This document shows positions 36,210-45,037 of a stretch of 64,000 bases of DNA, one piece after another. The stretch comes from a virus. The position numbers and the translations under genes are program-made. The DNA is taken from IMG/VR virus record IMGVR_UViG_3300045988_098422; one strand, written 5' to 3'. Every line of letters starts with the position of its first letter. Position 1 is the stretch's first letter. The notes beneath the pieces are model-generated. The model made no database searches, was not told where the DNA came from, and was given only the letters and a program-made list of their open reading frames with translations.

Positions 36210-36581
36210 ATGGAAAAGTACATTTTAAAGAAAACCAAAGTAAGAGGCACTAACTTATACACAGTTGTCAACGAACAAGGAGTGGTTATATCCACGACGA
36301 AGGACAAAAGGGATTTTGTGGCTTGCACGATTAAGGGGCACTACTTTTTCGGTCGTAAGGACTTAATAGGTAAAGGGGAACATGGGAAGCAACTGAAGTA
36401 CTGGAAAGCGGTGCTCGCCAATCCAGAACAAGCCTACGAAAGTTTTATACGTGGCTATTACAAGAGTGCCAGAGAAAAGATACGTAAAGAGTACTATTAT
36501 GAAAAATGGCTGGAAGAAAGCATAAAACGAGCTCCAGAACTTGTGGAAGTGTTTGGCACTATTGCCTATTTAGAGGAATAA
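36210..36581 (+). CDS. hypothetical protein
   Basis: Tracked ORF, 123 aa. Confidence 0.55.
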   Translation: MEKYILKKTKVRGTNLYTVVNEQGVVISTTKDKRDFVACTIKGHYFFGRKDLIGKGEHGKQLKYWKAVLANPEQAYESFIRGYYKSAREKIRKEYYYEKWLEESIKRAPELVEVFGTIAYLEE

Positions 36582-36604
36582 GCGGGGAAACCCGCTTTTA
36601 TTTT
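36581..36604 (+). terminator. rho-independent terminator
   Basis: AGCGGG-GAAA-CCCGCT then TTTATTTT. Confidence 0.75.
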
Positions 36605-36636
36605 GAATAAATTCTAAGAATTTCCCCGAGCACTCC

Positions 36637-36666
36637 TTGGATATTCAAATAAAAAGACTACCTTTG
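36637..36666 (+). promoter_or_regulatory. Bacteroidota-type promoter in conserved cassette
   Basis: TTG 36637-39, 19-nt spacer, TACCTTTG 36659-66; upstream TTCTAAGAATTTCCCCGAGCACTCC. Confidence 0.7.
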
Positions 36667-36697
36667 CAACATCAAAATCAATAAAACGTTTAAGACT

Positions 36698-36958
36698 ATG
36701 TTAACGAAAGAACAGTACATCGCAAAAGAAATTGAGCTTACAGCCGCTTACGAGGCTGCCGATAAAGCCTTTGATAAGAACCCGTGCAAAGAAACAGCAA
36801 CAGCACTTTCTAACAGTCGTCAGGCTTTAAAAACGTTGCGTGCCGAGGGTTATGTAGGGCGTGACCGTGAATTAAGCCGCCAACTTGCTAAGGACGTGGC
36901 ACAGGTGTTTGATTATGCAGCCGGAAGAACTAACGAATTACCAACAGTATTTAAATAA
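36698..36958 (+). CDS. hypothetical protein
   Basis: Tracked ORF, 86 aa. Confidence 0.55.
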   Translation: MLTKEQYIAKEIELTAAYEAADKAFDKNPCKETATALSNSRQALKTLRAEGYVGRDRELSRQLAKDVAQVFDYAAGRTNELPTVFK

Positions 36959-36972
36959 TAGGAGATAACGAT

Positions 36973-37455
36973 ATGGCAACTAGAGACGAATTAGTAGCAA
37001 TGAACAGTAAGCAACTAGAAGAAATTTGCGGGTTAATACAAAAAGAGTGCCCGCTCGCAAAACAAGTGCGATACAGTTGCACCAACTTTTACCCGAACAT
37101 TTGTTTTATTGTAGTGGACGCTTTGAACCCGCAGGACTACCCGAACGGTATTAGCGACAACAGCGTTTTCTTGATGTTCCGTGTGGATTTTGAGGCAAAG
37201 ACGGTGGAGTACAAACGTAGCGGATTTATTTACCTGTCAGAAAAAGACAAGCGTGAAAACCCGAAACTCCGCTATTTGGCGATGAACAGCATGGTTGAGA
37301 TAGCTACACGAGCAGGCGTTAAAAAGATGCGTAGAAGCCAACATAAGGACAACGCAACGTCGGCTCACAAGATGGCTACCTACTTTAATGAGGTGATGGG
37401 AAAAGTGGTGGAATATACTAATGGCTACCCGTACAAACAGGGTGTTGAAAAATAA
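36973..37455 (+). CDS. hypothetical protein
   Basis: Tracked ORF, 160 aa. Confidence 0.55.
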   Translation: MATRDELVAMNSKQLEEICGLIQKECPLAKQVRYSCTNFYPNICFIVVDALNPQDYPNGISDNSVFLMFRVDFEAKTVEYKRSGFIYLSEKDKRENPKLRYLAMNSMVEIATRAGVKKMRRSQHKDNATSAHKMATYFNEVMGKVVEYTNGYPYKQGVEK

Positions 37456-37478
37456 TTTTGAGTTTTATTGATGAATTT

Positions 37479-37517
37479 ATAGGGGCAGGTCTTGGATATT
37501 CCAGATTTTGCCCCTAT
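37479..37517 (+). terminator. long-loop hairpin enclosing the next promoter's -33 element
   Basis: ATAGGGGCA-21 nt-TGCCCCTAT; loop contains CTTGGATATTC. Confidence 0.45.
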
Positions 37518-37522
37518 ATTTG
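37492..37522 (+). promoter_or_regulatory. Bacteroidota-type promoter in conserved cassette
   Basis: TTG 37492-94, 20-nt spacer, TATATTTG 37515-22. Confidence 0.65.
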
Positions 37523-37562
37523 TACTATCAAATTAAATCAATAACAATTAAAACTCAAAATT

Positions 37563-37793
37563 ATGAAAGCAATTGTAACAGCCTATTTAACAAGAGAGAC
37601 CCGTAATGGTAATTTAAGCGTGTCAACTGAAATTCCGGTGGGTGGATTTGATGTTAACAAAGCACGAGCAGCAGCAAGAGGATTTATAGACATGCGTAAC
37701 CGCAATAAGAACTATATACCCGCTACTCACTTCAGAGTGCAGATTGTTACTTGTAGAGGCGTTGTTAAAGAGGATTATACTGTTAAGAATTAA
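37563..37793 (+). CDS. hypothetical protein
   Basis: Tracked ORF, 76 aa. Confidence 0.5.
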   Translation: MKAIVTAYLTRETRNGNLSVSTEIPVGGFDVNKARAAARGFIDMRNRNKNYIPATHFRVQIVTCRGVVKEDYTVKN

Positions 37794-37816
37794 CTTTAAT
37801 AAGGGAGGATATTACT

Positions 37817-38008
37817 ATGGCAGAAAAGATTTACAACTTCATTTGCGGACGGTTCGGTAGCCGCATGTTGAAACCCCGTTACCGTAACGTGTGGATAAAG
37901 TTTTGGACGAGCGTTATTATAAGCCTGTTCCTATTGGTATTATACTTCATTGTACAGGCGTGGAGCGTTGTGGTTGAGTGTTTAAACAGAGTTATTTGGA
38001 ATTATTAA
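37817..38008 (+). CDS. small membrane protein
   Basis: Tracked ORF, 63 aa, TM WTSVIISLFLLVLYFIV. Confidence 0.45.
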   Translation: MAEKIYNFICGRFGSRMLKPRYRNVWIKFWTSVIISLFLLVLYFIVQAWSVVVECLNRVIWNY

Positions 38009-38019
38009 ATTTGGGTATT

Positions 38020-38313
38020 ATGAAACTACTTACATTAAAAGAAATCGGCAAATTATTCTTTGAAACGAGCCGTATTAGCGAAATTGAGGAATGCTTGTGG
38101 GAAGGCTGTGACGGTGACGGCTACTATTACCCCTACGACGAAAACGGTATGAGCGAGGAAAACGTGTTGGAGCTTGTACAAAAGCTTAAAACCAACTACC
38201 CCGACACCGTTATTGACAGTGAGGAAGAGGGTTACAAAGAGATAGCCATTTACCCGCAGAGTGTTGAGGCTTGGGCGTACATTTACAGCTACATATACGA
38301 AAAATGTTGGTGA
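38020..38313 (+). CDS. hypothetical acidic protein
   Basis: Start moved to ATG 38020, after the previous stop at 38008. Confidence 0.5.
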   Translation: MKLLTLKEIGKLFFETSRISEIEECLWEGCDGDGYYYPYDENGMSEENVLELVQKLKTNYPDTVIDSEEEGYKEIAIYPQSVEAWAYIYSYIYEKCW

Positions 38314-38314
38314 C

Positions 38315-38908
38315 ATGGACAATTATATCCCCTACTACAAAAGAGACCTGCAAGGGCTAAATAAAAGTGAATGCGTGGATGTGGGCTATGCAGAGGTTCG
38401 CAAGTTCTGTGAGGTGAACCACATTACACCCCCGCAACTTGTAAAGAAAGACACCCGTGGGAATGGGTGTTGCGGGCTTTATTATTGGGGAAGCAACCGT
38501 ATAACGGTGTATGCTCCAAGCGTAGCAAACATAAGTCTACATCCAGCTCCTGGAAACCGCCAATGGAGCTATCCGGGGTACAGGGTTGACCGTACAGGTG
38601 TGGGAGTAACGTGTCACGAAACTGGACATTACTTGGACAACGTGCTACGTATTGGCAAGCGTCGGGGCTTTCCCTAAAAAACAGAGCGGGTGAGCAGTTA
38701 CGAGCCATTTTTAGGAGAAGCCATTGCCGAAACTCTGCGCATTTTCATACTCAACCCCTGTTTGCTTCACATATATGCGCCCGAACGTTGTGAGTTCCTA
38801 ATTAACGAGGTAGGGCTAAAACCACATATAGAAGCTGACTGGGACGAGGTGCTAGCCAATGCGCCCAACCGATATACAGGCGTACTCAAAAGATTTTTGC
38901 AGAAATAG
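38315..38908 (+). CDS. zincin metallopeptidase (HExxH; SprT/MPTase-like) interrupted by one in-frame TAA at 38675-38677
   Basis: VTCHETGHYLD in the first ORF (38315-38677). The second tracked ORF (38690-38908) is in the same frame and carries YEPFLGEAIAETLRIF, the expected downstream Glu helix. Only one stop separates them. Confidence 0.5.
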
Positions 38909-38920
38909 TCCGGTAAAGTC

Positions 38921-38950
38921 TTGGAAATTCAATTATAAACCGTATATTTG
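38921..38950 (+). promoter_or_regulatory. Bacteroidota-type promoter in conserved cassette
   Basis: TTG 38921-23, 19-nt spacer, TATATTTG 38943-50, leader CAGGGTCAATCAGTAATAAC. Confidence 0.7.
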
Positions 38951-38987
38951 CAGGGTCAATCAGTAATAACAATTAAATCTTAGAATT

Positions 38988-39380
38988 ATGGTAACGAAAT
39001 TTATGACGACAAAGGAATTTTTACAGTGGTGCACCAATTACGTAAAAGAGGACATTCAGGCTCTTATAGACAAGGGTGATTTTAAAGCGGTGGTAGAAAA
39101 GTATTACAGCTTTCACTTTCCATTGGTGACAGTATTTGGGGCACACGTTGCAAACGGTTACTTTTACGACAGCCCGACAGAGCACACTCCTGACCACATT
39201 ATCGCACCTATTTGCGCACGTCTGGAACAGGAAATTAATCTGGTTATTGAGGAAGTTTACGAGGATTTTAATGACGAATACTACGAGGATTTTGAAGCAC
39301 CCGAAAATGAAAGCGACGAGTTGTTTGACGACCGCTTTGAGGGTATGGATGTTTGTTGGTTACAGGATATAGACGATTAA
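38988..39380 (+). CDS. hypothetical acidic protein
   Basis: Tracked ORF, 130 aa, very acidic C-terminal half. Confidence 0.55.
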   Translation: MVTKFMTTKEFLQWCTNYVKEDIQALIDKGDFKAVVEKYYSFHFPLVTVFGAHVANGYFYDSPTEHTPDHIIAPICARLEQEINLVIEEVYEDFNDEYYEDFEAPENESDELFDDRFEGMDVCWLQDIDD

Positions 39381-39384
39381 CGAT

Positions 39385-39585
39385 ATGGCAAAAGAATTTA
39401 AAAATGGTGAACGGGTGGAATTTCGCCCGTGGGAAACCGCTCCTGCAAAAGACAGGGTTGCGGGGGAAATTGTTGGTGGCGTGGTTGAGGGTGAATACTA
39501 CATGCTGCTCCCAGATTGGGCAAAACGTAAAGGAGAATTCACTAACCTTAAGAAAATTCATTGGTCACAACTTTATTCTATTTAA
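39385..39585 (+). CDS. hypothetical protein
   Basis: Tracked ORF, 66 aa; preferred over overlapping frame 39353. Confidence 0.5.
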   Translation: MAKEFKNGERVEFRPWETAPAKDRVAGEIVGGVVEGEYYMLLPDWAKRKGEFTNLKKIHWSQLYSI

Positions 39586-39586
39586 T

Positions 39587-39847
39587 ATGGCGGTAGTTAG
39601 TGCCTATATAGGCAAAACAAGTGAGAGTGGACGGGCGACAATGTATAATGTCGCCTTTCGTTATAATGGGCGTGACTATTTGCAGAACGTTTGGGTTCCG
39701 AAGTCAGCCGTGTACTATTACAGGGCGAGCACCTGTAAATTGAGCGTTGATGATTGGGTACTCAAAAAGGTCGTGGAGCTAGCCGTGGCAAACCCTAATA
39801 AACCGTTCGTAGACCGAGGAGCATTGCTGAACGGTGTGGAATGGTAG
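39587..39847 (+). CDS. hypothetical protein
   Basis: Internal ATG 39587 of tracked ORF 39353..39847, 1 nt after previous stop. Confidence 0.5.
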   Translation: MAVVSAYIGKTSESGRATMYNVAFRYNGRDYLQNVWVPKSAVYYYRASTCKLSVDDWVLKKVVELAVANPNKPFVDRGALLNGVEW

Positions 39848-39876
39848 TATAATAACCAAACTAATAAATAAGAATT

Positions 39877-40308
39877 ATGATGGTGAATTTAAACAGCGTG
39901 CCCGAGCGCACGTGGATGCGAGTAATACAGGCGTGTGGAGAACAGTGGGTGCATCGTTCAGCGTGTGGTCGTTACCTATTGACAAGACAACGGGTGTACA
40001 CTCCAGGACATGACTACCAAATCCACATCCGACCCCTGTTGGGTGGTGGCAGCATGGGAATGAGAAACTGTTACCTACGTGCAAATGAGGACAACTGTTG
40101 GGAGATAACCGTTTGCGACGATTTGCGGCACGGACGCCTCGTGACAGTGCATTGTTATCACCCTAATGCTTTAAACGTCATGTTGACCACTTTAGAGCGT
40201 GATACAACATACTTTAAGAGCCTACGTACACACGAGCCAACACCAGACGCTCGCAGGGAACTGGAAGAACGCTTTGCGAACTATGTTATCAACGAAATCT
40301 TTGGATGA
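39877..40308 (+). CDS. hypothetical protein
   Basis: Tracked ORF, 143 aa. Confidence 0.5.
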   Translation: MMVNLNSVPERTWMRVIQACGEQWVHRSACGRYLLTRQRVYTPGHDYQIHIRPLLGGGSMGMRNCYLRANEDNCWEITVCDDLRHGRLVTVHCYHPNALNVMLTTLERDTTYFKSLRTHEPTPDARRELEERFANYVINEIFG

Positions 40309-40370
40309 CCCTCTACACGGGACTTGCAGGCATAAAATCAAAATATTTTGAAGAATTTACGGATAAACTC

Positions 40371-40401
40371 TTGCACAATTCAATTGAAGTAACTACATTT
40401 G
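40371..40401 (+). promoter_or_regulatory. Bacteroidota-type promoter in conserved cassette
   Basis: TTG 40371-73, 20-nt spacer, TACATTTG 40394-401, leader CAATGTCAAATTAATTCAATAAAC. Confidence 0.7.
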
Positions 40402-40444
40402 CAATGTCAAATTAATTCAATAAACAATTTAAAATTCAATAGTT

Positions 40445-41071
40445 ATGAAAGCAACAGTAAACAATTCCGCAAATTTCGTGATTAACAACGATATGTTGAA
40501 CGAAACAAAATGTCTGAAGTATGTAAGCAAACCAACTATGTTGGAAGAAATTGTTAATATACAGGTAGCACTTGCCAAGCTAAACAGCAACTACACGCCA
40601 CGCCAATACACCGAAAAGAACAGCAAAAAGGAACTGTTTGAGGGTTATGGACGCCTCGTTACCATTTACAAGGAGTTAAGCGAAAAGCGTGAAGCCGAAA
40701 TTGCTAAGAACGTGGCAACTTGCATTAAGACGGCTGACGTATTGGCAGAGGAAGCCCGTGTAAAGGCTGAGGCTGAAGCCGCTAAGAAAGCTGAAGAAGA
40801 GGCTAAGCGGGCGAAAAAGGCTGCAAAGGTAGCCAAGCAAGAGGCAGAACCAAAAGCCGCTAAAAAGAACCCCAAAGAGAACGTAAACACTGATAAAAAG
40901 GCACGTCGCGGGGATGCCCAAGAACGGTTGGACAAGTACACGGCTGAACTTAAAGAAAAAGAAGCCATTGCCGAACCCTCTAAAGAGGTTAAACACCGCA
41001 TTGCAAGCCTGAAACGTAAAATTGCTCGTGCCGAAAAGGCTCTGGGCAACGTAACAGTTACTAACGAATAA
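40445..41071 (+). CDS. hypothetical Lys/Ala/Glu-rich protein
   Basis: Tracked ORF, 208 aa, low-complexity AEAAKKAEEEAKRAKKAAKVAKQEAEPKAAKK. Confidence 0.55.
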   Translation: MKATVNNSANFVINNDMLNETKCLKYVSKPTMLEEIVNIQVALAKLNSNYTPRQYTEKNSKKELFEGYGRLVTIYKELSEKREAEIAKNVATCIKTADVLAEEARVKAEAEAAKKAEEEAKRAKKAAKVAKQEAEPKAAKKNPKENVNTDKKARRGDAQERLDKYTAELKEKEAIAEPSKEVKHRIASLKRKIARAEKALGNVTVTNE

Positions 41072-41081
41072 TCTACTTGAC

Positions 41082-41339
41082 ATGGGAACAGCAACAAAGA
41101 GCCCCGAAATTGGGGCTCGTTATTATAGAGTGTACGTGTTAAACAGTGACGGAACCCGTTTTAAGACACTGGACAAGGTATATCGCAAGTCAGCTCAAGC
41201 GGCTGCAAATAAAGCCGCCCGAATTGTAGCCGCTAACGACCGTAACATTACCGCTGAAGCATTGTTGTGTCGTGTGTACTGTATGCCGAGCGGGCGACAT
41301 AGCGGTTTATATTATGGAAAAACAGGAATTAAAAGATAA
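41082..41339 (+). CDS. hypothetical protein
   Basis: Tracked ORF, 85 aa. Confidence 0.5.
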   Translation: MGTATKSPEIGARYYRVYVLNSDGTRFKTLDKVYRKSAQAAANKAARIVAANDRNITAEALLCRVYCMPSGRHSGLYYGKTGIKR

Positions 41340-41352
41340 GGAGAAATAGATT

Positions 41353-41787
41353 ATGGCAAAGAAAAAGGAAAGAAAGGGTTTTACGCCCGAACTTCACGAG
41401 TTATTTGATACCCTTTATGCGAAACTTCGTGAATATGGACAGTGTTGCGCATTTATCGCTATTTGTGACAACAAAAACGAAATCACTAAACGCATCGGAA
41501 TTATAGATGAGGTAACGCATCAAGAAGAGGGCGGGGTCATATTGCCTGACACAGCCATTGCGAACGCTATGGGTGGGGATAGCCCACAGGATATCGCTGG
41601 ACGACACTTGGTATATAATGCGGTTCTGTCGTACTTACACGAATACCCCGATGAGATACCCGATTTTTTAATGAATTTCCAAGAAATGGTGAAAGACATA
41701 CGTGAAGAGATGGATGATAATGATACTCCAGAGGTAGAAATTCCTATTGTTATAAACAGCAATAACAACCCGAATGGAGACTGCTAG
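41353..41787 (+). CDS. hypothetical protein
   Basis: Tracked ORF, 144 aa. Confidence 0.5.
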   Translation: MAKKKERKGFTPELHELFDTLYAKLREYGQCCAFIAICDNKNEITKRIGIIDEVTHQEEGGVILPDTAIANAMGGDSPQDIAGRHLVYNAVLSYLHEYPDEIPDFLMNFQEMVKDIREEMDDNDTPEVEIPIVINSNNNPNGDC

Positions 41788-42025
41788 TAGAATGCACTTA
41801 GTCACACCGCAAACAGTGTGGCAGGTGACAACCGAGTTCTTTATTGAACGGCACGTGCCGTTTCATTTAACGTTTGGAATTAACCCCGTAGGCGAACCCG
41901 CACTGATATACACGGTTGTAGCCGACGGAGTAGTTACAGAGCAACAGCTCGCAGACCTGATATTGGAAGTCCAGGGATATTTGACCTCCTACGATGTTAC
42001 ACCTATAATTCATTTACAACCATGA
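41774..42025 (+). CDS. hypothetical protein
   Basis: Tracked ORF, 83 aa, 14-nt overlap. Confidence 0.45.
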   Translation: METASRMHLVTPQTVWQVTTEFFIERHVPFHLTFGINPVGEPALIYTVVADGVVTEQQLADLILEVQGYLTSYDVTPIIHLQP

Positions 42026-42300
42026 TTTACGGACTTTATTTAGCTTATAGCAAATGGGAAGTATTACCCGATGAAGAATGTGCTAACCCTACGGTTCCTC
42101 GTTACCCCGCTTCTGTTGCTCGTGTACGAGCGTATAACAACAAACGTGACCAGATAGAAGCGTATGCGAATACAATGTGCCCCGCCTCGCAGATGTTTGA
42201 GGCTGAAACTAAAGAAGAATTTGACGTCAAAGTCGCAGAATTTAAAAAGAATTTTGAGGACGAGGCGTGGCTTGCTGAAAACATTGACCCGTTCCTGTAA
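42022..42300 (+). CDS. hypothetical protein
   Basis: Tracked ORF, 92 aa, ATGA overlap. Confidence 0.5.
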   Translation: MIYGLYLAYSKWEVLPDEECANPTVPRYPASVARVRAYNNKRDQIEAYANTMCPASQMFEAETKEEFDVKVAEFKKNFEDEAWLAENIDPFL

Positions 42301-42302
42301 TT

Positions 42303-42473
42303 ATGAGAAAGATGTGGAAATATTATATCCCTATCATTGGGATAGGTATTATGTTCAGCAACTGGACAAAGTTTTCCGAAAACGACCCTACGGGTATTCA
42401 TTGGGCGATGACTGCATTTTGGCAGTCTATCTGGACAACTGTTATATTAATAATTTTGTTATTTGAGCCATGA
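42303..42473 (+). CDS. small two-TM membrane protein (below ORF-track size cutoff)
   Basis: ATG 42303 lies 2 nt after the previous stop and its TGA overlaps the next ATG (ATGA). I translated MRKMWKYYIPIIGIGIMFSNW...SIWTTVILIILLFEP by hand (56 aa). Confidence 0.5.
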   Translation: MRKMWKYYIPIIGIGIMFSNWTKFSENDPTGIHWAMTAFWQSIWTTVILIILLFEP

Positions 42474-42889
42474 AACCAATAAAGATAATAAGAGTAAAGA
42501 TGCACGCTGCAACTCGTAAAAGACGTCTAGTTAACCGTTTGATTCGCAAGGTAAACAAACTAACAGCTGAGGCGCAACATTGGCGCAAACGAGCTAAGAA
42601 GCTAGCTAGCGGGGCGATAGAAGTTGAGGACGATGCACCACCTACTAATAAATCGGTATGGCAGAACCCGCCTGACACCATGCGAAGAAACCTGTTGGTC
42701 TGCATAATTAATAACATATCGGGCGAAAGGTTGTATCAAACAGTACGCAGTGTGTCACATACCCGAATTTTAATAGACGTTGCTAGCCCTGTCGCAGGGT
42801 GTATTATTCCATTTGAATGGAATGGCACTATGTACGTGAGTGCCACTAAGGATGAAGACTGTAACCCAATTTACCGACTAGAAATTTAG
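42470..42889 (+). CDS. hypothetical protein with basic N-terminus
   Basis: Tracked ORF, 139 aa. Confidence 0.5.
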   Translation: MKPIKIIRVKMHAATRKRRLVNRLIRKVNKLTAEAQHWRKRAKKLASGAIEVEDDAPPTNKSVWQNPPDTMRRNLLVCIINNISGERLYQTVRSVSHTRILIDVASPVAGCIIPFEWNGTMYVSATKDEDCNPIYRLEI

Positions 42890-42913
42890 GTCAATTGTTA
42901 AATCTTAGGAATT

Positions 42914-42933
42914 TCCCGGAAATATTTCCGGGA
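42914..42933 (+). terminator. terminator hairpin of cassette
   Basis: TCCCGGAAATATTTCCGGGA perfect palindrome then TTTCTTG. Confidence 0.7.
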
Positions 42934-42937
42934 TTTC

Positions 42938-42968
42938 TTGTTTATATAAATCACTCCCACTATATTTG
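42938..42968 (+). promoter_or_regulatory. Bacteroidota-type promoter in conserved cassette
   Basis: TTG 42938-40, 20-nt spacer, TATATTTG 42961-68, leader CGCTGTCAATCAATAAAAAC. Confidence 0.7.
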
Positions 42969-42997
42969 CGCTGTCAATCAATAAAAACAAAGAAATT

Positions 42998-43519
42998 ATG
43001 AAGATAACAGACATTACCTTAGAAATACGTACCGAGGACGGACAGAGCCACTTGGTAGTCTTTGACAAATGGGATTTCGCTCCTGACGGTGCGGTGGTGC
43101 TAGCTGGACAACTCGTACGTGAGAAGTGGCGTGCCATATTTGGCGACAGCAGTCAATTACAGGACGGACAGATACGCTCTGTCATGGATTGTAGTGCGTT
43201 GGTGCGTTTTTACTATAATGACGCTATGCGAACAGCCGCTATCACGCATATCACGAACAAGGCGTTTCGCATCATTAACAACGATTTGGGTGTGACATGG
43301 ATACCGAAGAACATACTACGTTGGAGCCGAGTAGCGCAACAGTTCGTAGTCGTGGATGAAACCTATAAGCCGGACTTTACGATGGTAGTGGCAGAGGGTA
43401 TGGACGAATATCCAACCGAGTTTGATGCTCACGATGAACTTATTGACGCATTGGACACACCCGTAACTATACCAACAGATGATAATATTACTAACGATAA
43501 TGAGGAGAACCAATTATGA
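42998..43519 (+). CDS. hypothetical protein
   Basis: Tracked ORF, 173 aa. Confidence 0.55.
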   Translation: MKITDITLEIRTEDGQSHLVVFDKWDFAPDGAVVLAGQLVREKWRAIFGDSSQLQDGQIRSVMDCSALVRFYYNDAMRTAAITHITNKAFRIINNDLGVTWIPKNILRWSRVAQQFVVVDETYKPDFTMVVAEGMDEYPTEFDAHDELIDALDTPVTIPTDDNITNDNEENQL

Positions 43520-44049
43520 GAACAAGAATTTTGCTAGGTCTATTTACAGTCCTGATGCTTGGTGCAAGCTGCACCACTGCACAAAACAGTAAAGAAACGT
43601 TTTACGACAAAGTGCTGTCCTTGAATCTGGACGATGAAATGTTGCGTGATGACGGGACAACTCTTAAGATTACTGAACTCGCACCCCAACAGTTCAGGTT
43701 AAGAGTGTGCAAGGGTGATGACCTTATGTTTGTTGCATGGGTGGAATTACGAGCCGTGGAGAACACCGTGAATAACAGGGTGTTCAGAAATAAATTTGGT
43801 ATGCTCGGCACTTATACCGCTCCAGTAGTTTATATCTACACAGGCGAAGCCGTGCAATTTGACCGCAAGGATAAAAGCGTAGCGACCACGATTATAACTT
43901 CTACACGGCTGGAGAACTACGTAGCCCGAAAGACGGTAAATATAGAACAGCAAGACGGATGCGGCAACTGTATTTTCGTTGACAACCGCCCGTTTAATCA
44001 TCCGGAAGAGAAAGGTCAGGTTTCCTATTTATTCCCCTTAAATCAGTAG
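43516..44049 (+). CDS. predicted lipoprotein
   Basis: Signal peptide plus lipobox MRTRILLGLFTVLMLGASC; ATGA overlap. Confidence 0.6.
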   Translation: MRTRILLGLFTVLMLGASCTTAQNSKETFYDKVLSLNLDDEMLRDDGTTLKITELAPQQFRLRVCKGDDLMFVAWVELRAVENTVNNRVFRNKFGMLGTYTAPVVYIYTGEAVQFDRKDKSVATTIITSTRLENYVARKTVNIEQQDGCGNCIFVDNRPFNHPEEKGQVSYLFPLNQ

Positions 44050-44054
44050 AAGCT

Positions 44055-44612
44055 ATGGGAATACGATTTTACTCTTTCTATCCTGGAAGAGCCAACAGGT
44101 TACGTTTCAAGAAACGTTTGGGAATTGTTTGGTGGGTGACGTGGCACATGGTTGTTCTTGCCTTATTTGTCATCCTAATCAATAAAGCGTGTATTGGAAC
44201 GCAATGCAGCAAACCAATAGTTACCCCGACTGACAGCACGAACGTCGCCACAACGCTCCAAGATAGCGTGTACGGGGCGATATACGCTTTGCGAATACAG
44301 CATCCAGACATTGTGATGGCACAATGTATTGAAGAAAGCGGACACTTTACGAGCCGTCTATTCGTAGACGGGCACAACTGCACCGGAATGAAAGTACCCT
44401 CTACCCGCCCGACGCTTGCTGTTGGGGTATTGTATGGGCACGCCTGTTTTAATAGTTGGTACGAATGTCTTGTGGATTATGCACTTTGGCAGACAGCATT
44501 TGCCCGCAAGCTGTCACGTGACGAATATTTCGCCTATTTAGACAGAGTTTATGCAGAGAAGAAAAATTACTCACAACGTATAAAAGCCATAATTAAAACC
44601 AATGGATTATGA
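44055..44612 (+). CDS. peptidoglycan hydrolase, glucosaminidase-family (candidate signal-anchored endolysin)
   Basis: AQCIEESGHFTSRLFVDGHNCTGMK resembles the FlgJ/LytD-type glucosaminidase catalytic motif; N-terminal TM WWVTWHMVVLALFVILI. Confidence 0.6.
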   Translation: MGIRFYSFYPGRANRLRFKKRLGIVWWVTWHMVVLALFVILINKACIGTQCSKPIVTPTDSTNVATTLQDSVYGAIYALRIQHPDIVMAQCIEESGHFTSRLFVDGHNCTGMKVPSTRPTLAVGVLYGHACFNSWYECLVDYALWQTAFARKLSRDEYFAYLDRVYAEKKNYSQRIKAIIKTNGL

Positions 44613-44851
44613 ATTTAGAGGAAATTAAGAAACTGTACGAAGAGTGCGAACTAAACGTGGACGCTCTTGCTTTTGAAATGGCTATTCCCGTAGCCGAGTT
44701 ATTGGCACGGGGCGAAAATGAAGCCGCTGACAAACTTGACAAGGAGAACCGAGCTAACTTGGAAGACTTTATGCGAAACCATGTTGGCGGCTTATGTGAC
44801 GCAGACGTGGAAGAAGTACTGGAAGAATATGCGTATAACACTTTAAAATAG
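44609..44851 (+). CDS. hypothetical acidic protein
   Basis: Tracked ORF, 80 aa, ATGA overlap. Confidence 0.5.
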   Translation: MNLEEIKKLYEECELNVDALAFEMAIPVAELLARGENEAADKLDKENRANLEDFMRNHVGGLCDADVEEVLEEYAYNTLK

Positions 44852-44858
44852 ATAGATT

Positions 44859-45035
44859 ATGGATGAAGCTGAAAAATTTTTGTGGGAAGAGATAGCACAG
44901 CTTCCCGAACATAAAAGAACATTTGACACTGATGTGTTTAATGCTATTATTGCAGCGATGAAACGTTATGCCGCTGAAAAGTGTGATGAGTTAAAGCAAG
45001 ATTTTGCAGAGTTTCACAGTGATGATTGTAGATAG
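44859..45035 (+). CDS. hypothetical small protein (below ORF-track cutoff)
   Basis: Hand-translated MDEAEKFLWEEIAQLPEHKRTFDTDVFNAIIAAMKRYAAEKCDELKQDFAEFHSDDCR (58 aa); fills the gap between two genes exactly. Confidence 0.5.
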   Translation: MDEAEKFLWEEIAQLPEHKRTFDTDVFNAIIAAMKRYAAEKCDELKQDFAEFHSDDCR

Positions 45036-45037
45036 CT

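Noticed and set aside
39136-39372. 78-aa alternative-frame ORF inside 38988-39380, and the 39353 start of ORF 39353-39847
   Set aside because: They are embedded in or overlap better-supported genes. The translation is non-protein-like before the internal ATG at 39587.
40666-41097. Two minus-strand ORFs of 135-143 aa
   Set aside because: They lie antisense to the Lys/Ala/Glu-rich gene 40445-41071. The GCN/AAR codon periodicity keeps the reverse frames open.
42164-42466. 100-aa + strand ORF
   Set aside because: It overlaps 42022-42300 by 137 nt in another frame. The hand-found 56-aa TM ORF 42303-42473, which is start/stop coupled on both sides, explains the space better.
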